Shown piece after piece: positions 1 to 10,771 of a DNA stretch of 64,000 nucleotides. Numbering within the stretch: position 1 is the stretch's first letter; every line of letters begins with the position of its first letter. The DNA comes from Bdellovibrionales bacterium (GTDB taxonomy: Bacteria; Bdellovibrionota; Bdellovibrionia; Bdellovibrionales; UBA1609). The stretch is from NCBI GenBank assembly GCA_965261545.1, contig CBDHDF010000007.1:1-64000 (forward strand), written 5' to 3'. The position numbers and the translations under genes were made by a program. The notes under the pieces were generated by a model. The model was not told the origin of the DNA, did no database searches, and worked only from the letters and a program-made list of their open reading frames with translations.

Positions 1-2
1 TA

Positions 3-302
3 TGGAATAATCAAGAATATGAGTTTGATATCATTGCGGTCAATGGGGGGGAGGTTGTTGTTGTGGAAGTGAAAACCACTTTAAAGCTTAAACACCTCGA
101 TCATTTTATAGAAAAGCTCGGGATATTTAGAGATATCTTTCCAGAGTATAAAGACAAGATGATTTACGGTGCCATAGCTTACTTGAGGGCTGATGAAGGG
201 TCTCATAACAAGGCTGAAAAAAAAGGTCTTTTTGTGATCCGAGCTACCGGCAATAGCGCAATCATTACGAATAAAAAAGAGTTTTCTCCCAAAGTGTTTT
301 AA
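3..302 (+). CDS. PD-(D/E)XK nuclease-fold protein (DUF3782-like), C-terminal part; gene starts before the window
   Basis: Frame is open from base 3: WNNQEYEFDIIAVNGGEVVVVEVKTTL carries an E-x-D...E-V-K motif; C-terminus AEKKGLFVIRATGNSA..FSPKVF is typical of this family. Confidence 0.75.
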   Translation, partial: WNNQEYEFDIIAVNGGEVVVVEVKTTLKLKHLDHFIEKLGIFRDIFPEYKDKMIYGAIAYLRADEGSHNKAEKKGLFVIRATGNSAIITNKKEFSPKVF

Positions 303-404
303 GGTAAGAAGTGCTTTTGGCCCCCAATGGGGTGTTGAAATTCTTATGTACTCTATCACATATAATCATGTAAAAACTTCTTCAGGAAGCTAGACCCTGG
401 TCTT

Positions 405-1139
405 AGGTTGTGATACTCCAGATGTATTACTTGGGCCTATATTCTTCGGGGGGGGGCTATATTGGGGCATGGGGAGCAGCATAGAACTTTTTGTCAAGGC
501 GAAAGTCACAAAGCTAGGAACCACGGTGCTGGGGGCCACAGGCAAGCCCACAAGGTGGAAAAGACTTTCAGGTCATTTCTTTCTTTAACCGTCTTTGTAT
601 TTTGTGTCTTTACATTTGGGAATACAATATTTGGCCATGATGTGAGGTTTGAGGGCTGAGGCTCCTAGGGGTGATTTATCAGGTCGTCAAGTTTCTCAAA
701 ACTCTCAAGATTCGGTGGCCCCTAGTTCAACAGTGTCTAGTTCGGTGGCCTCTAATTCGGCGGTTTCTCAAAGGTTGTGATACTCCAGATGTATTACTTG
801 GGCCTATATTCTTCGGGGGGGGGGGCTATATTGGGGCATGGGGAGCAGCATAGAACTTTTTGTCAAGGCGAAAGTCACAAAGCTAGGAACCACGGTGCTG
901 GGGGCCACAGGCAAGCCCACAAGGTGGAAAAGACTTTCAGGTCATTTCTTTCTTTAACCGTCTTTGTATTTTGTGTCTTTACATTTGGGAATACAATATT
1001 TGGCCATGATGTGAGGTTGAGGGCTGAGGCTCCTAGGGGTGATTTATCAGGTCGTCAAGTTTCTCAAAACTCTCAAGATTCGGTGGCCCCTAGTTCAACA
1101 GTGTCTAGTTCGGTGGCCTCTAATTCGGCGGTTTCTCAA
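405..1139 (+). repeat. Near-perfect tandem duplication, two copies of ~367 bp (405-771, 772-1139)
   Basis: Both copies run from aggttgtgatactccagatg to gcggtttctcaa. Visible differences are G9 vs G11 (448-456 vs 815-825) and gaggttt vs gaggtt. Confidence 0.95.
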
Positions 1140-1907
1140 AGTTCAATAATTTCTCAAGGTGTGGGTTTAGAGTCCTCGAAGGACTGGTCCCTTTTTACTA
1201 CGGCCTTTGTTAAAGCTTCCCTCCATGAAGATATGCAAGACCCTAGATCCACCGCGGAGTCTCTTTTTATTTTTCGTCCATCTTTTAAATTGTCGGAGAG
1301 TCTGCACATGGGGCTTCAGCTAGGGCTTTCTCAGGGACTCAATCGTGCTGCCGAGACGGAGGTCATCAATTCTCAGGTGCAGTTGACATCAGGAAAGCTC
1401 ATGCTTGGTCGTGAACTGTGGATGGAATTACAGGGTGCCGTGTCTTTACCTACAAATTCCAGAAGCTATCAACATGACACCTATCGAGGAGGTGTCATAC
1501 TCACTCCCACCTTTAGTTCCCAGTGGGGGGTCTTTGGATGGCCGGTGAATGTGAGCTATACACCTAGCCTTTCCAGGCTTTTTCACAAGTACACTCGTGC
1601 ATGGAACAGTTCTCCCCACCTACAATATAAGCTTAATCAGTCCCTTTCTCTGTCGATGCCTATTGTTGGGGATATGTCTTTTGTATTAACTGGTGGCTGG
1701 ATGACAGCACGCTCCTATCAAGGTCATATCATTGAGTTTTTTAACATGGCTCAGACACTCTCCTATACTGTGAACTCACGGGTCTCGGTTTCTTTGGGGC
1801 ACACCAATGAGGCCAGTCCCTTTGAGTATAATGGTCGCGATCACAATATACGCATTTATGACTCCCGAACATCAACCTTGTTGGGGCGAATTGTCATGGA
1901 GTTGTGA
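777..1907 (+). CDS. Putative outer-membrane beta-barrel protein; true start may be the GTG near 924, before the hydrophobic signal-like segment
   Basis: Signal-like FLSLTVFVFCVFTFG, Ser-rich linker, then alternating amphipathic beta-strand pattern (VSYTPSLS, LSLSMPI, TLSYTVNSRVSVSLGH). Confidence 0.6.
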   Translation: MILQMYYLGLYSSGGGAILGHGEQHRTFCQGESHKARNHGAGGHRQAHKVEKTFRSFLSLTVFVFCVFTFGNTIFGHDVRLRAEAPRGDLSGRQVSQNSQDSVAPSSTVSSSVASNSAVSQSSIISQGVGLESSKDWSLFTTAFVKASLHEDMQDPRSTAESLFIFRPSFKLSESLHMGLQLGLSQGLNRAAETEVINSQVQLTSGKLMLGRELWMELQGAVSLPTNSRSYQHDTYRGGVILTPTFSSQWGVFGWPVNVSYTPSLSRLFHKYTRAWNSSPHLQYKLNQSLSLSMPIVGDMSFVLTGGWMTARSYQGHIIEFFNMAQTLSYTVNSRVSVSLGHTNEASPFEYNGRDHNIRIYDSRTSTLLGRIVMEL

Positions 1908-1999
1908 GATGAGAGTTATTGTGGGTGGAGCTATGAGGTTATAGAGCGGATCTGCGTTTAATAAAAAATTATTGTTTGGTGTAATATGAAGGGGGATTT

Positions 2000-4900
2000 A
2001 TGGAGACATTTCAAAGAAAGAATTTAAGAGACTTAGTAGGTTTTCACCTTACTGGTTGGGGAATCATGAAGAGAGGGGCACTTAGAGTGATGGGACTTAT
2101 GAGATTTATAGATATGAGAAGCCTCGGGCAGCCCTTTGTTGCTCTTATGGTTATGGCTTGTTTGGTGTTCTCTTTTGTAGGTTGCACCAAGGTTAAAGAA
2201 CTTCTTCCGCAGCACAGTGGCCAGGGTGAAAATGGCATCTATAAAATGAGTCCAGGGGAGTTAGATGGACACACCTTCTTACTGCAAACGGGTGAGGCCA
2301 AGCGTGTGGAAAACACCTCAGTGGCGGATATTATTGATGTTTCTGAGGAGGAATTAAAAGCCGCTAGTTATCCATTTGTGGAATATAGCATACCTCAAGA
2401 GATGAAGAATCTTCTCGGTGATTTTGAGTTTATTGGTAGACCTCACCACACCTATCAAATGCGGATTGAGTTGGATGACGAGAACCTGTGGCTCTATGCA
2501 GTTGCCCCTGAAAGGGATATTTCTTTACAGCATTCCCACGTTATGGCTCCTGTGGATTCTAAGGCTATGAATTCTAGAACTGTAAGTTCTAAGGCTATGC
2601 ATTCTAAGGAGGATAAGGCAGGCGGAGATACTTACAGCAAAGACCTTTACAAGATCCCTGTGATGGGTCTGCCTGTGACTTATATGGCAGTGGAAGTTCT
2701 TAAAGACATGCATAGCAAAGCCACCAATCGCACCACAGAATATGTTGTATTGAGAAAGGATATGGCCAACCATGTTCAGCTTAACCATCATGGAAAATCT
2801 CAGTTTAAGTATTTAGAAAAGCTTGATGTTTACCCCGCAGACCTTTTTGAAGGAGATTGGTATTTTGCAGAAACCATTGTGGCAACACAGGCTGGGGAGG
2901 AGGGTATGCAGGGCTTTAGCTTGGCTGCAGCGGATACCACCCTGGCGGAATCCACAAAGATTCGCTTCGTAAGGTCCGAAGATAAAATTAGAGGTATTAA
3001 TGTTAATATTGATGACCGCGTGGATGAAACCGATGAGGTCAACTTTCAAACAGTCATTGAAATACCAGTGAGTTGGAAAGAGTATCGTATGCGACCCAAG
3101 GGGAATACTTTCGCCTTTGGTGAAGAGGAAATTCCCGATGTTAATTGGAGGGATAAGAAGTTTGGAAAATTTAATTTTAATGAGATACTCACAGCTCACC
3201 TTGGGGCTCAATTTAACAACACGTCTTTAAATGAGAGAAAACTTGTAGAGCTTCAAATTCAGCCTGATTATAGAAGTTACACCATCTTTTTTCCCCGTCG
3301 CAATATTCGTGTTCGCCACTCTTTTATGAGAGCGGGGTTGCGGACTTACAAGCCTAAAAGAGCATACAAAAATGATTTAAAGAAATTTGGTTATTTTACA
3401 ACCACTAAAAAGGTTTTGGACACCTTTGAAATTGCAAGAATGGAAGACTTAGAAGAACTGCGTTTTATCAATCGATTTGATATCAACCAAGGTAAAATCG
3501 TCTTTCACTTTACAAAGACTTCTCCTCATCACCTTCGCTCTGTGGGCTACAAGGCGGTGGAGTCATGGAACAAGGTTTTTGCCATAGCAGGGACAGGTGT
3601 GGAAATTCAGTTAAGTGATGAAGATGTCAATCTCGGTGATCTGAGATACAATGCCATCAATATTATTGAGTCCATTTCGGGTGGAGGAAGTGGTTTTGGT
3701 TTTGGACCATCCATCACAGACCCCCAAACAGGTGAAATTATTTCAGCCACAGCCAATCTTTGGTCCACACCAATTCGAGATTATATTATTGAATTCTTGA
3801 GAGACTATGTGCGAAGTGAACTGGGCCTTATTGATGATAAATACCTTTTTGCCGTGGGGGGTATGAAATGGCCTTCCCTTAAAGTCATGACCCAGGGACA
3901 ATTTCAGTCTATAAATCAAGAAGTCTTAACTCCCCTTGGCGTTGCTCCCATGGATATGTCTTTATTTCTGGACATTTTTAATACAAATCCACAACTCGGA
4001 AAAGTGGATATCGTCCATGCGCCCAACAAGGCTGAATATATTTTTGATAAAACAACAGAACATAATATCAGGTACGAAAAAGAGAGACTTAAAGAGGCTG
4101 TAGCCAAGCATGGCAAGGTGGCCCATTGGGATCCTCTTTTTATAAAGAATTTTGGGCGTGAATTTTATCTTGGAACAACCCATGCAAGCTTGATTGAAGA
4201 GCTTCGCGCTTCTGAAGAGTGTCATCCACTCCACGGTTATATTAAAGAACTTAAGGAAGCCAATCAGCTTGTGAATAAAAAAGAACATGGAGTTCTTTTA
4301 TCCTGTGCAAACAAGCTTCTTTCCAAAAAAATGCTGGGGACCCTTGTTCATGAATTGGGGCACAACTTTGGGTTAAGACATAATTTCATGGGATCCAATG
4401 ACGTAGATAATTTCATAGAGGTGGATGGTCAGTTGGTGGAAAGTTCCACGGTCATGGAATATCCTGCCTTTGGTGTTGACCGTCTCACTCAGCCTGGTTT
4501 TTACGATTTGGCGGCCATTCGCTATGGCTATTTTGACACGGTTGAGGCGAAGGATGGGCAACTTGTAAAACTTGACAGTTCTCAATCTATTCATGTGAAC
4601 ATGGCGGCCAAGGGTTTGCAGTCTAAACCCTATAAGTTTTGTACAGATGAGCATGCGTCTCAATATGTGGGAAGCCTTTTTTCACAATACACAAACCCCA
4701 TGTGTGCTTTGTGGGATAAGGGAAAGACAGCTGAGGAAGTCATGGACTTTACAGCTGCTCAGTACAGCGTTCACATGGCCTTAGAAAATCATAGATTGGA
4801 GAAAATCTGGCCTCCATCCAACAACAAGCTTCTTGATTGGGGTTTTTTGAATGCCTTTCGTCGATTTCGTTATGTTAAAACCGCTAAATTGTTTTATGAC

Positions 4901-6511
4901 CATTGGAGAGTGGAGTTAGCTCGCTTTTCTAAGTTGGGTCATGAGTATTTGGAGCATTTAACGGAGGAAGAGTTTGAGGCTGTGATGCAAGAAATGTCTC
5001 AGTCTCAGAGGGTGGGGGCTGGTGAGCGATCCTATCAGAAGATATTTAACGAGTTTAAACCTGCCGCAGACAAGGCATTTTCCATGCTTATGGATATTGC
5101 TTTTATGCCCAATCGTTATTGTGGAACTCGTGGAGTCATTGGTGATTTTGATATCATAGAATTAGAAGAAATTCGTCAGCAAGCCTATTGGAATAAGGAT
5201 GGAGTTGTGGTGACCAACTGTTTAGACCCCGCGGCCAAGGAAATTATTTTTGAGAATAATAAAGGGAACATGCTCTTTGAGGTGGGTTATTATCTTAATG
5301 ATCTCAAATTTGATATGAATCCTTTGGAAGAAATTGAACCCTTGGATATTACGGGAACCCTTTGGGATCGATTGTTGGCCATGTCATCTCTTGGTCAGAG
5401 AAGTGCCACTTCTAGCTTTCATAGATCGAGAAACTTCTTTCCCAACTTTTTTGATGAGCCAGATAAAAGGTCACAGATCATGGACCGTGTTATGGATCGC
5501 CTTCTCGAAGGAGTGAATCCTCTGAATCTCAAGTCAACACCCATTGAGACTCGAATTATGGCAGAGTCCAGGGAAGAGCTTGCAAAACTTTCTGAGGAAG
5601 CCATGACTCAATTTGTGGATGAGAATGTCCGGAAGATTCTTATGGGGCATGGACTCGCCCCCGAAGTTATTGAGGAAAAGCTGTTAGTTATCAAAGAAAA
5701 TAAATCCGATTATAAAGATTTAAAGAATATGGTCATAGAGGGCTTCCATGAGAATCAAATTCAGGCTTTTTTTGAGGGCAAGAGGTTTGTTCAATTTAAG
5801 CATGAAAAAGACCTATTAAATTTCTTTTATAGTATGCTTCCTAAGAGTTTGATGGTCCCGGGCAAGTCTTTTGAAAACTCCCAGCGATCTCTTCTTTTTT
5901 CTATGTCTGTCACAGATCAACCCGAGGTCATTCAGAAGGCTGCGGCGAAGATTGCCATAGGTGGAGGGCGCTTTGTGGTGGCCATGAAATCAAGCACTGT
6001 GGCCGTTCAGTTGATTCAAAAACTTATGGCTGTGATGGATATGAAAAGGTCTCGTCTTGTTTTTCCAGAGGACTCCATCGTTCAGGAGACTCGTGCCCTT
6101 TACGATGCCTTTGGTGAGACCACTATGACTTTTGCCGATTATTCAGCCTTTATGGAACTGCTTATGGAGGTTCTTACTCGGTCTCCCGTGGGCATAAAGA
6201 ATCAGATTGAGAGTCATTTTCGGCTTGATTTGGCCATTTGGGGCTTTCTTCAAGGTTTGGATAATGGGACCAAAAATCGAATTTTAAATTTTGAAGACAT
6301 GAGGGTGACCTACGGAAATATTGCAAGTGCAGTGGGCTCTCCGGCTCCCTTTCCTTTTCTCCTTGTTAAGTCGGAGAGGAATCAGGCGTTCTTTGATGAT
6401 GTTGTGCTTAATAATAACAAACAATTCCACAGATATATGCGGGATAAGGATGATTACGAGGCTCAAGAGGATTTGCTCAGTCAAATTGTTCTTAACCCAA
6501 ATAATCATTAA
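2000..6511 (+). CDS. Large secreted or lipoprotein zinc-dependent metalloprotease (metzincin; EcxA/DUF4953-like)
   Basis: HELGHNFGLRH zinc motif, SSTVMEY Met-turn, GDLRYN and GFGPSITDPQTGEII segments, lipobox-like FVGC; true start probably downstream of 2000. Confidence 0.85.
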   Translation: METFQRKNLRDLVGFHLTGWGIMKRGALRVMGLMRFIDMRSLGQPFVALMVMACLVFSFVGCTKVKELLPQHSGQGENGIYKMSPGELDGHTFLLQTGEAKRVENTSVADIIDVSEEELKAASYPFVEYSIPQEMKNLLGDFEFIGRPHHTYQMRIELDDENLWLYAVAPERDISLQHSHVMAPVDSKAMNSRTVSSKAMHSKEDKAGGDTYSKDLYKIPVMGLPVTYMAVEVLKDMHSKATNRTTEYVVLRKDMANHVQLNHHGKSQFKYLEKLDVYPADLFEGDWYFAETIVATQAGEEGMQGFSLAAADTTLAESTKIRFVRSEDKIRGINVNIDDRVDETDEVNFQTVIEIPVSWKEYRMRPKGNTFAFGEEEIPDVNWRDKKFGKFNFNEILTAHLGAQFNNTSLNERKLVELQIQPDYRSYTIFFPRRNIRVRHSFMRAGLRTYKPKRAYKNDLKKFGYFTTTKKVLDTFEIARMEDLEELRFINRFDINQGKIVFHFTKTSPHHLRSVGYKAVESWNKVFAIAGTGVEIQLSDEDVNLGDLRYNAINIIESISGGGSGFGFGPSITDPQTGEIISATANLWSTPIRDYIIEFLRDYVRSELGLIDDKYLFAVGGMKWPSLKVMTQGQFQSINQEVLTPLGVAPMDMSLFLDIFNTNPQLGKVDIVHAPNKAEYIFDKTTEHNIRYEKERLKEAVAKHGKVAHWDPLFIKNFGREFYLGTTHASLIEELRASEECHPLHGYIKELKEANQLVNKKEHGVLLSCANKLLSKKMLGTLVHELGHNFGLRHNFMGSNDVDNFIEVDGQLVESSTVMEYPAFGVDRLTQPGFYDLAAIRYGYFDTVEAKDGQLVKLDSSQSIHVNMAAKGLQSKPYKFCTDEHASQYVGSLFSQYTNPMCALWDKGKTAEEVMDFTAAQYSVHMALENHRLEKIWPPSNNKLLDWGFLNAFRRFRYVKTAKLFYDHWRVELARFSKLGHEYLEHLTEEEFEAVMQEMSQSQRVGAGERSYQKIFNEFKPAADKAFSMLMDIAFMPNRYCGTRGVIGDFDIIELEEIRQQAYWNKDGVVVTNCLDPAAKEIIFENNKGNMLFEVGYYLNDLKFDMNPLEEIEPLDITGTLWDRLLAMSSLGQRSATSSFHRSRNFFPNFFDEPDKRSQIMDRVMDRLLEGVNPLNLKSTPIETRIMAESREELAKLSEEAMTQFVDENVRKILMGHGLAPEVIEEKLLVIKENKSDYKDLKNMVIEGFHENQIQAFFEGKRFVQFKHEKDLLNFFYSMLPKSLMVPGKSFENSQRSLLFSMSVTDQPEVIQKAAAKIAIGGGRFVVAMKSSTVAVQLIQKLMAVMDMKRSRLVFPEDSIVQETRALYDAFGETTMTFADYSAFMELLMEVLTRSPVGIKNQIESHFRLDLAIWGFLQGLDNGTKNRILNFEDMRVTYGNIASAVGSPAPFPFLLVKSERNQAFFDDVVLNNNKQFHRYMRDKDDYEAQEDLLSQIVLNPNNH

Positions 6512-6538
6512 TGACTTGAATAAAATAAAATCCTGATT

Positions 6539-7483
6539 TTAATTTTGAATGGCTAAAAGAAATCTCTTGCGGCCAGTGTAGTCCTTGATGAGTTGGATTT
6601 GCCCAAGGGATGGAAGCTTTTGAGCCTCCTCTTTGAGCAAATCTCCTTGGCCTAGGCCAAGTTCCATTATGAAAATAGAGTTTTTCTTTTTGAGTAAATA
6701 AGAGGCTTGCTTCATCCAAAGCATGGGGGCTTGCCATCCTTTTTGAGAAAAGAGAGCCATGGCGGGCTCATATTTAAGAACATTTTTGCAAACCTCGGTG
6801 TCGTTATGGGAAATATAAGGAGGGTTGGCAACAATAATGTCGTAGAAATTGTGAGGGAGAGACTTGGCCGCACAATGAGCGTCAAGATTTATGGAAGTGA
6901 CTTGCTTTGAGAGACCAAGCTGTTGTGCATTTTTTTGAAACACATCAAGGGCTTCTAGGCTAAGATCAAGAGCGTCTAAAGAGATCTTCTTACTTAATTG
7001 TTTGGCAAGGCTTAATCCTATGCAACCACAGCCCGTTCCCATATCTAAAATTTGGTAAGGCTGATTTTTGTTTTTGCCCCCCCATTGGAGAACCTTTTCG
7101 ACAATACCTTCAGTTTCTGGACGAGGTACTAAAACTCTTTTGTCTACGAAAAACCTATATTTGTAAAAATCCTTATATCTCAGAATATAGGCCATGGGTT
7201 CTCCATGGATTCTTCTTTGAACAAGTTTTTGAAGCTTATTGCGTTGGCTGTGATTGAGAGGTTGGTCGGAGTGTACGATAAGGCCCACTCTATCTAGATG
7301 ACAAATGTGGCAGACCATGAGTTCGATATCAAGCCTTGGTGAACTTTCTTGGTGCTTTCTTAAAGAAGTGGTTTTTTGATCTATAAATTCTTTAATGGTT
7401 ATGGTGTGAGTATCGTCGATCATAGTGGAAGGATTATTGGTTATGAGGGAAGAGCGAGGAGTTATGGAGAAAGTGTTTGTCAT
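6539..7483 (-). CDS. prmC: Release factor glutamine methyltransferase PrmC/HemK
   Basis: GEPMAYI, LVPRPETE, DMGTGCGCIG and NPPY motifs; directly downstream of prfA. Confidence 0.95.
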   Translation of the reverse strand: MTNTFSITPRSSLITNNPSTMIDDTHTITIKEFIDQKTTSLRKHQESSPRLDIELMVCHICHLDRVGLIVHSDQPLNHSQRNKLQKLVQRRIHGEPMAYILRYKDFYKYRFFVDKRVLVPRPETEGIVEKVLQWGGKNKNQPYQILDMGTGCGCIGLSLAKQLSKKISLDALDLSLEALDVFQKNAQQLGLSKQVTSINLDAHCAAKSLPHNFYDIIVANPPYISHNDTEVCKNVLKYEPAMALFSQKGWQAPMLWMKQASYLLKKKNSIFIMELGLGQGDLLKEEAQKLPSLGQIQLIKDYTGRKRFLLAIQN

Positions 7484-8562
7484 TACGAGTGGTTTTGGTT
7501 TTGTTGTTTAAGAGCCTCTGCTTGAAAGTGAGCTATCAGTGGTTCGATAACCTCTGCAAAGTTTCCGTCCATGACATCAAACAGTCGTTGTGTTGTAAAT
7601 CCAATGCGGTGATCTGTAATGCGTGATTGGGGGAAATTATAGGTTCGGATTCTTTCTGAGCGATCTCCAGTACCTATTTGTGTGAGTCTTGTATCGGAGG
7701 CTTCTTGGCGGGCTTTTTCTTCTTCGAGAGCTTGAAGTCTTGCGTAAAGAACTTTAATGGCTTGTTCTTTGTTGGAAAGTTGAGATTTACCATCTTGGCA
7801 GGTGACAACCAAACCCGTGGGAAGGTGGGTGGCCCGCACGGCGGAGTCTGTGGTGTTTACCGATTGTCCTCCAGGCCCACTGGATCGGTACACATCAATT
7901 CTTAGGTCGTTGGAGTTAATATGAACTTCTTTTTCTTCCACCTCCGCCATGACGGCCACTGTGACCGTGGATGTGTGAATCCTCCCTTGGGATTCTGTTT
8001 GAGGCACTCTTTGCACACGGTGGACGCCACTTTCAAACTTCATGTGACTGTAAACTTTATCCCCAGAGATATTCACAATAACTTCTTTATAGCCACCGAC
8101 ATTTCCCTCGGATGTAGAAATTATATTCATTTTCCATTTCATTTTAGAGGCAAAAAGGCTATAGCCGCGAAGAAGCTGTTCGGCAAAGAGGCTGGCTTCA
8201 TCTCCGCCGGCCCCGGCTCGAATCTCTAAGATAATATTTTTATGGTCATTGGGGTCTTTGGGTAAGAGCAATATTTTAAGTTCTTCGAGGAGGTTCTTCT
8301 TTGATGATTCAAGCTCGCTTATTTCTTCTTTCGCTAGGGCTTGAATTTCTCGGTCTTCATCTGTCTCCACAAGCTCTTTATTAGAGGCAATCTCATGATT
8401 CATTTTTTTATATTTTCTGTAAGATAAAACAATGGAGCCAAGGCGAGCCATTTCTTCCACCAACTTACGGTATTTCTGTTGGTGGTTGGTGATTCCAGGT
8501 TCCATGAGCTTTTGTTGAATTTGTTCATAACGATTTTCAACTTCATCGAGTTTTTTAAACAT
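7483..8562 (-). CDS. prfA: Peptide chain release factor 1
   Basis: GGQ motif ([10 protein letters not shown]), [16 protein letters not shown] (PxT), [10 protein letters not shown]. Confidence 0.98.
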   Translation of the reverse strand: MFKKLDEVENRYEQIQQKLMEPGITNHQQKYRKLVEEMARLGSIVLSYRKYKKMNHEIASNKELVETDEDREIQALAKEEISELESSKKNLLEELKILLLPKDPNDHKNIILEIRAGAGGDEASLFAEQLLRGYSLFASKMKWKMNIISTSEGNVGGYKEVIVNISGDKVYSHMKFESGVHRVQRVPQTESQGRIHTSTVTVAVMAEVEEKEVHINSNDLRIDVYRSSGPGGQSVNTTDSAVRATHLPTGLVVTCQDGKSQLSNKEQAIKVLYARLQALEEEKARQEASDTRLTQIGTGDRSERIRTYNFPQSRITDHRIGFTTQRLFDVMDGNFAEVIEPLIAHFQAEALKQQNQNHS

Positions 8563-8582
8563 GGAGTTAACTGTCCATAGAA

Positions 8583-10205
8583 TTAACTGCCCATGGAGGA
8601 CAAAAAGTCACTGTTTGATTTTGCATTTTTTAGCTTATCAATGAGGAACTCCATGCTGTCAACGGCGTTCATAGGGGCGAGGACCTTACGTAATATCCAC
8701 AATCTGTTGAGATCGGCCTTTTCAATAAGCAAATCTTCTTTGCGAGTTCCAGACTTGTTGATATCCATGCATGGAAAGACACGCTTTTCCATGAGTTTTC
8801 GATCAAGATGAATTTCAGAGTTACCTGTTCCCTTAAATTCTTCAAATATTACTTCATCCATTCGAGAGCCCGTATCAACAAGGGCTGTCGCAATGATGGT
8901 GAGGCTTCCCCCTTGTTCAATATTTCTTGCGGCCCCAAAAAATCTCTTGGGTTTGTGGAGAGCATTGGAATCCACGCCACCTGATAGGATCTTACCTGAT
9001 GGGGGAACCACTGTATTGTAAGCTCGTGCGAGACGGGTGATTGAGTCGAGAAGGATGACCACATCATGCTTGTGCTCCACCAGTCTTTTTGCCTTTTCAA
9101 TAACCATTTCGGCCACTTGCACATGCCGAGTGGGGGGCTCATCAAATGTGGAACTGACCACTTCACCCTTTACGTTTCGCTGCATATCCGTGACTTCTTC
9201 GGGGCGTTCATCAATGAGGAGAACAATAAGTTTGACCTCGGGGTGGTTGGAGGAGATGGCATTGGCGATATTTTGAAGAATAACTGTTTTTCCCGTTCTT
9301 GGAGGAGCGACGATGAGGGCCCTTTGCCCCTTGCCTAGGGGGGCCATGAGATCCACCACTCGTGTGGTGTATTCGTTGGGTCGATGTTCGAGGTTAAGGC
9401 GCTCTTCGGGGTACAGAGGGGTTAAGTTATCGAAAAGAAGTTTGTCTTTTCCCTGTTCTGTGGTTTCATGGTTGAGACTATCAATTTTAAGCAGGGCAAA
9501 GTAGCGTTCTCCTTCTTTTGGGGGGCGAACGGTGCCACTGATGGTGTCTCCTGTTCGCAATCCAAAGCGGCGGATTTGAGAGGGACTGACGTATATATCG
9601 TCGGGGCCAGGGAGATAATTGTAATCGGGAGACCTTAAAAATCCGTAGCTATCAGGTAGAATCTCAAGGACTCCCCCTCCAAAGACATCTTCGCCAAGGT
9701 GGGCGGCTCGTTTGAGGATTTCAAAAACCATGTCTTGGCGGCGCATTCCCGCTGCATTTTCAATTTTTAGTTTCTGGGCAAAGAGAGTGATTTCTCCAAT
9801 GTCTTTGACTTTGAGATTTTTTGAATTAAGGCTCTCCCCCTTTTCATCTTCTGTGAGGACGACATCACTAAGATCCACCTCCACTCCAGTACTGGGGTCG
9901 AATTCATCTTCATTGTTTTGGTGAAAATTGCGGTTGGAGGAGCCGCCTTGCCTAAAATTTCTTTTGTTTCCGCTGTTTTTATTGTTACGACGGTTGGTGT
10001 ACCCCGTTTTGCGGTACCCTCCTCCCTTGTTATCTCGGGTTTCTCTTGTTTCTTTGCTATCTTTTGTATCCTTTGTATCCCTGGACTCATTTCTGGGTTC
10101 ATTGGATCGGTTTTTTCTGGGCTCTCCCTTGGGAAGGGCACTTCGATTTTCGCGGATTTCTTGGGATTTATTTTCTTTGACGTGGCTTTTAGCTTCGGTT
10201 GGCAT
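8583..10205 (-). CDS. rho: Transcription termination factor Rho with charged N-terminal extension
   Basis: [25 protein letters not shown] Walker [24 protein letters not shown]. Confidence 0.98.
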   Translation of the reverse strand: MPTEAKSHVKENKSQEIRENRSALPKGEPRKNRSNEPRNESRDTKDTKDSKETRETRDNKGGGYRKTGYTNRRNNKNSGNKRNFRQGGSSNRNFHQNNEDEFDPSTGVEVDLSDVVLTEDEKGESLNSKNLKVKDIGEITLFAQKLKIENAAGMRRQDMVFEILKRAAHLGEDVFGGGVLEILPDSYGFLRSPDYNYLPGPDDIYVSPSQIRRFGLRTGDTISGTVRPPKEGERYFALLKIDSLNHETTEQGKDKLLFDNLTPLYPEERLNLEHRPNEYTTRVVDLMAPLGKGQRALIVAPPRTGKTVILQNIANAISSNHPEVKLIVLLIDERPEEVTDMQRNVKGEVVSSTFDEPPTRHVQVAEMVIEKAKRLVEHKHDVVILLDSITRLARAYNTVVPPSGKILSGGVDSNALHKPKRFFGAARNIEQGGSLTIIATALVDTGSRMDEVIFEEFKGTGNSEIHLDRKLMEKRVFPCMDINKSGTRKEDLLIEKADLNRLWILRKVLAPMNAVDSMEFLIDKLKNAKSNSDFLSSMGS

Positions 10206-10390
10206 TTTTTCCTCACAGGTATATTTATGATTTAGTATGATTTTAATTACGGTTATATGGTATGATTACATGGCTATATGGTTATTGTTATATGGTTATG
10301 GTCTTATGACGGTTATTATGAATAAATAAATAAATAATTTTTGGCTCCACTCCGATAGAAATTACATATTGAAGGGGAGAACACATAAAG

Positions 10391-10771
10391 ATGACCAACG
10401 AACAAATGACCCATGAACTAAGTCCTGCACCAAGATGGACTTTGAAGATGAAAATGGAGTATCGCAGAAACTATGCTAGAAGTCATGACTTTGGACTGTT
10501 AAGGAATATCAGCCTTACAGGGGCATGTCTACAAATTTCTTCATATGATGTGACTCCTAACGATAAACTTATACTTACGTTTAGCGTCAGTGGGAGAAAC
10601 AGGGAGATTCAGGCCACTGTGGTTTGGAAAAAGGATCAGGCTTGCGGCATCAAGCTGATACCTGCCAGCAATCGTGACATTCAAATCATTGACGATATGA
10701 TATACTTTGTAAAGGCTCATCGAGAAAATAAGAAAGTCTTGTTAGAAGGTATCTTTGATAGAATTTCTTAG
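10391..10771 (+). CDS. PilZ domain protein (c-di-GMP effector-like)
   Basis: xxAPR (degenerate RxxxR), NISLTGA (D/NxSxxG), ATVVW...CGIK. Confidence 0.8.
   Translation: MTNEQMTHELSPAPRWTLKMKMEYRRNYARSHDFGLLRNISLTGACLQISSYDVTPNDKLILTFSVSGRNREIQATVVWKKDQACGIKLIPASNRDIQIIDDMIYFVKAHRENKKVLLEGIFDRIS

Noticed and set aside
462..853. Short ORFs 462-659 and 671-853
   Set aside because: Frameshifted products of the first copy of the tandem duplication, not independent genes.
9900..10205. Rho N-terminal extension as a novelty
   Set aside because: Charged, low-complexity N-terminal additions to Rho are well known in many phyla.
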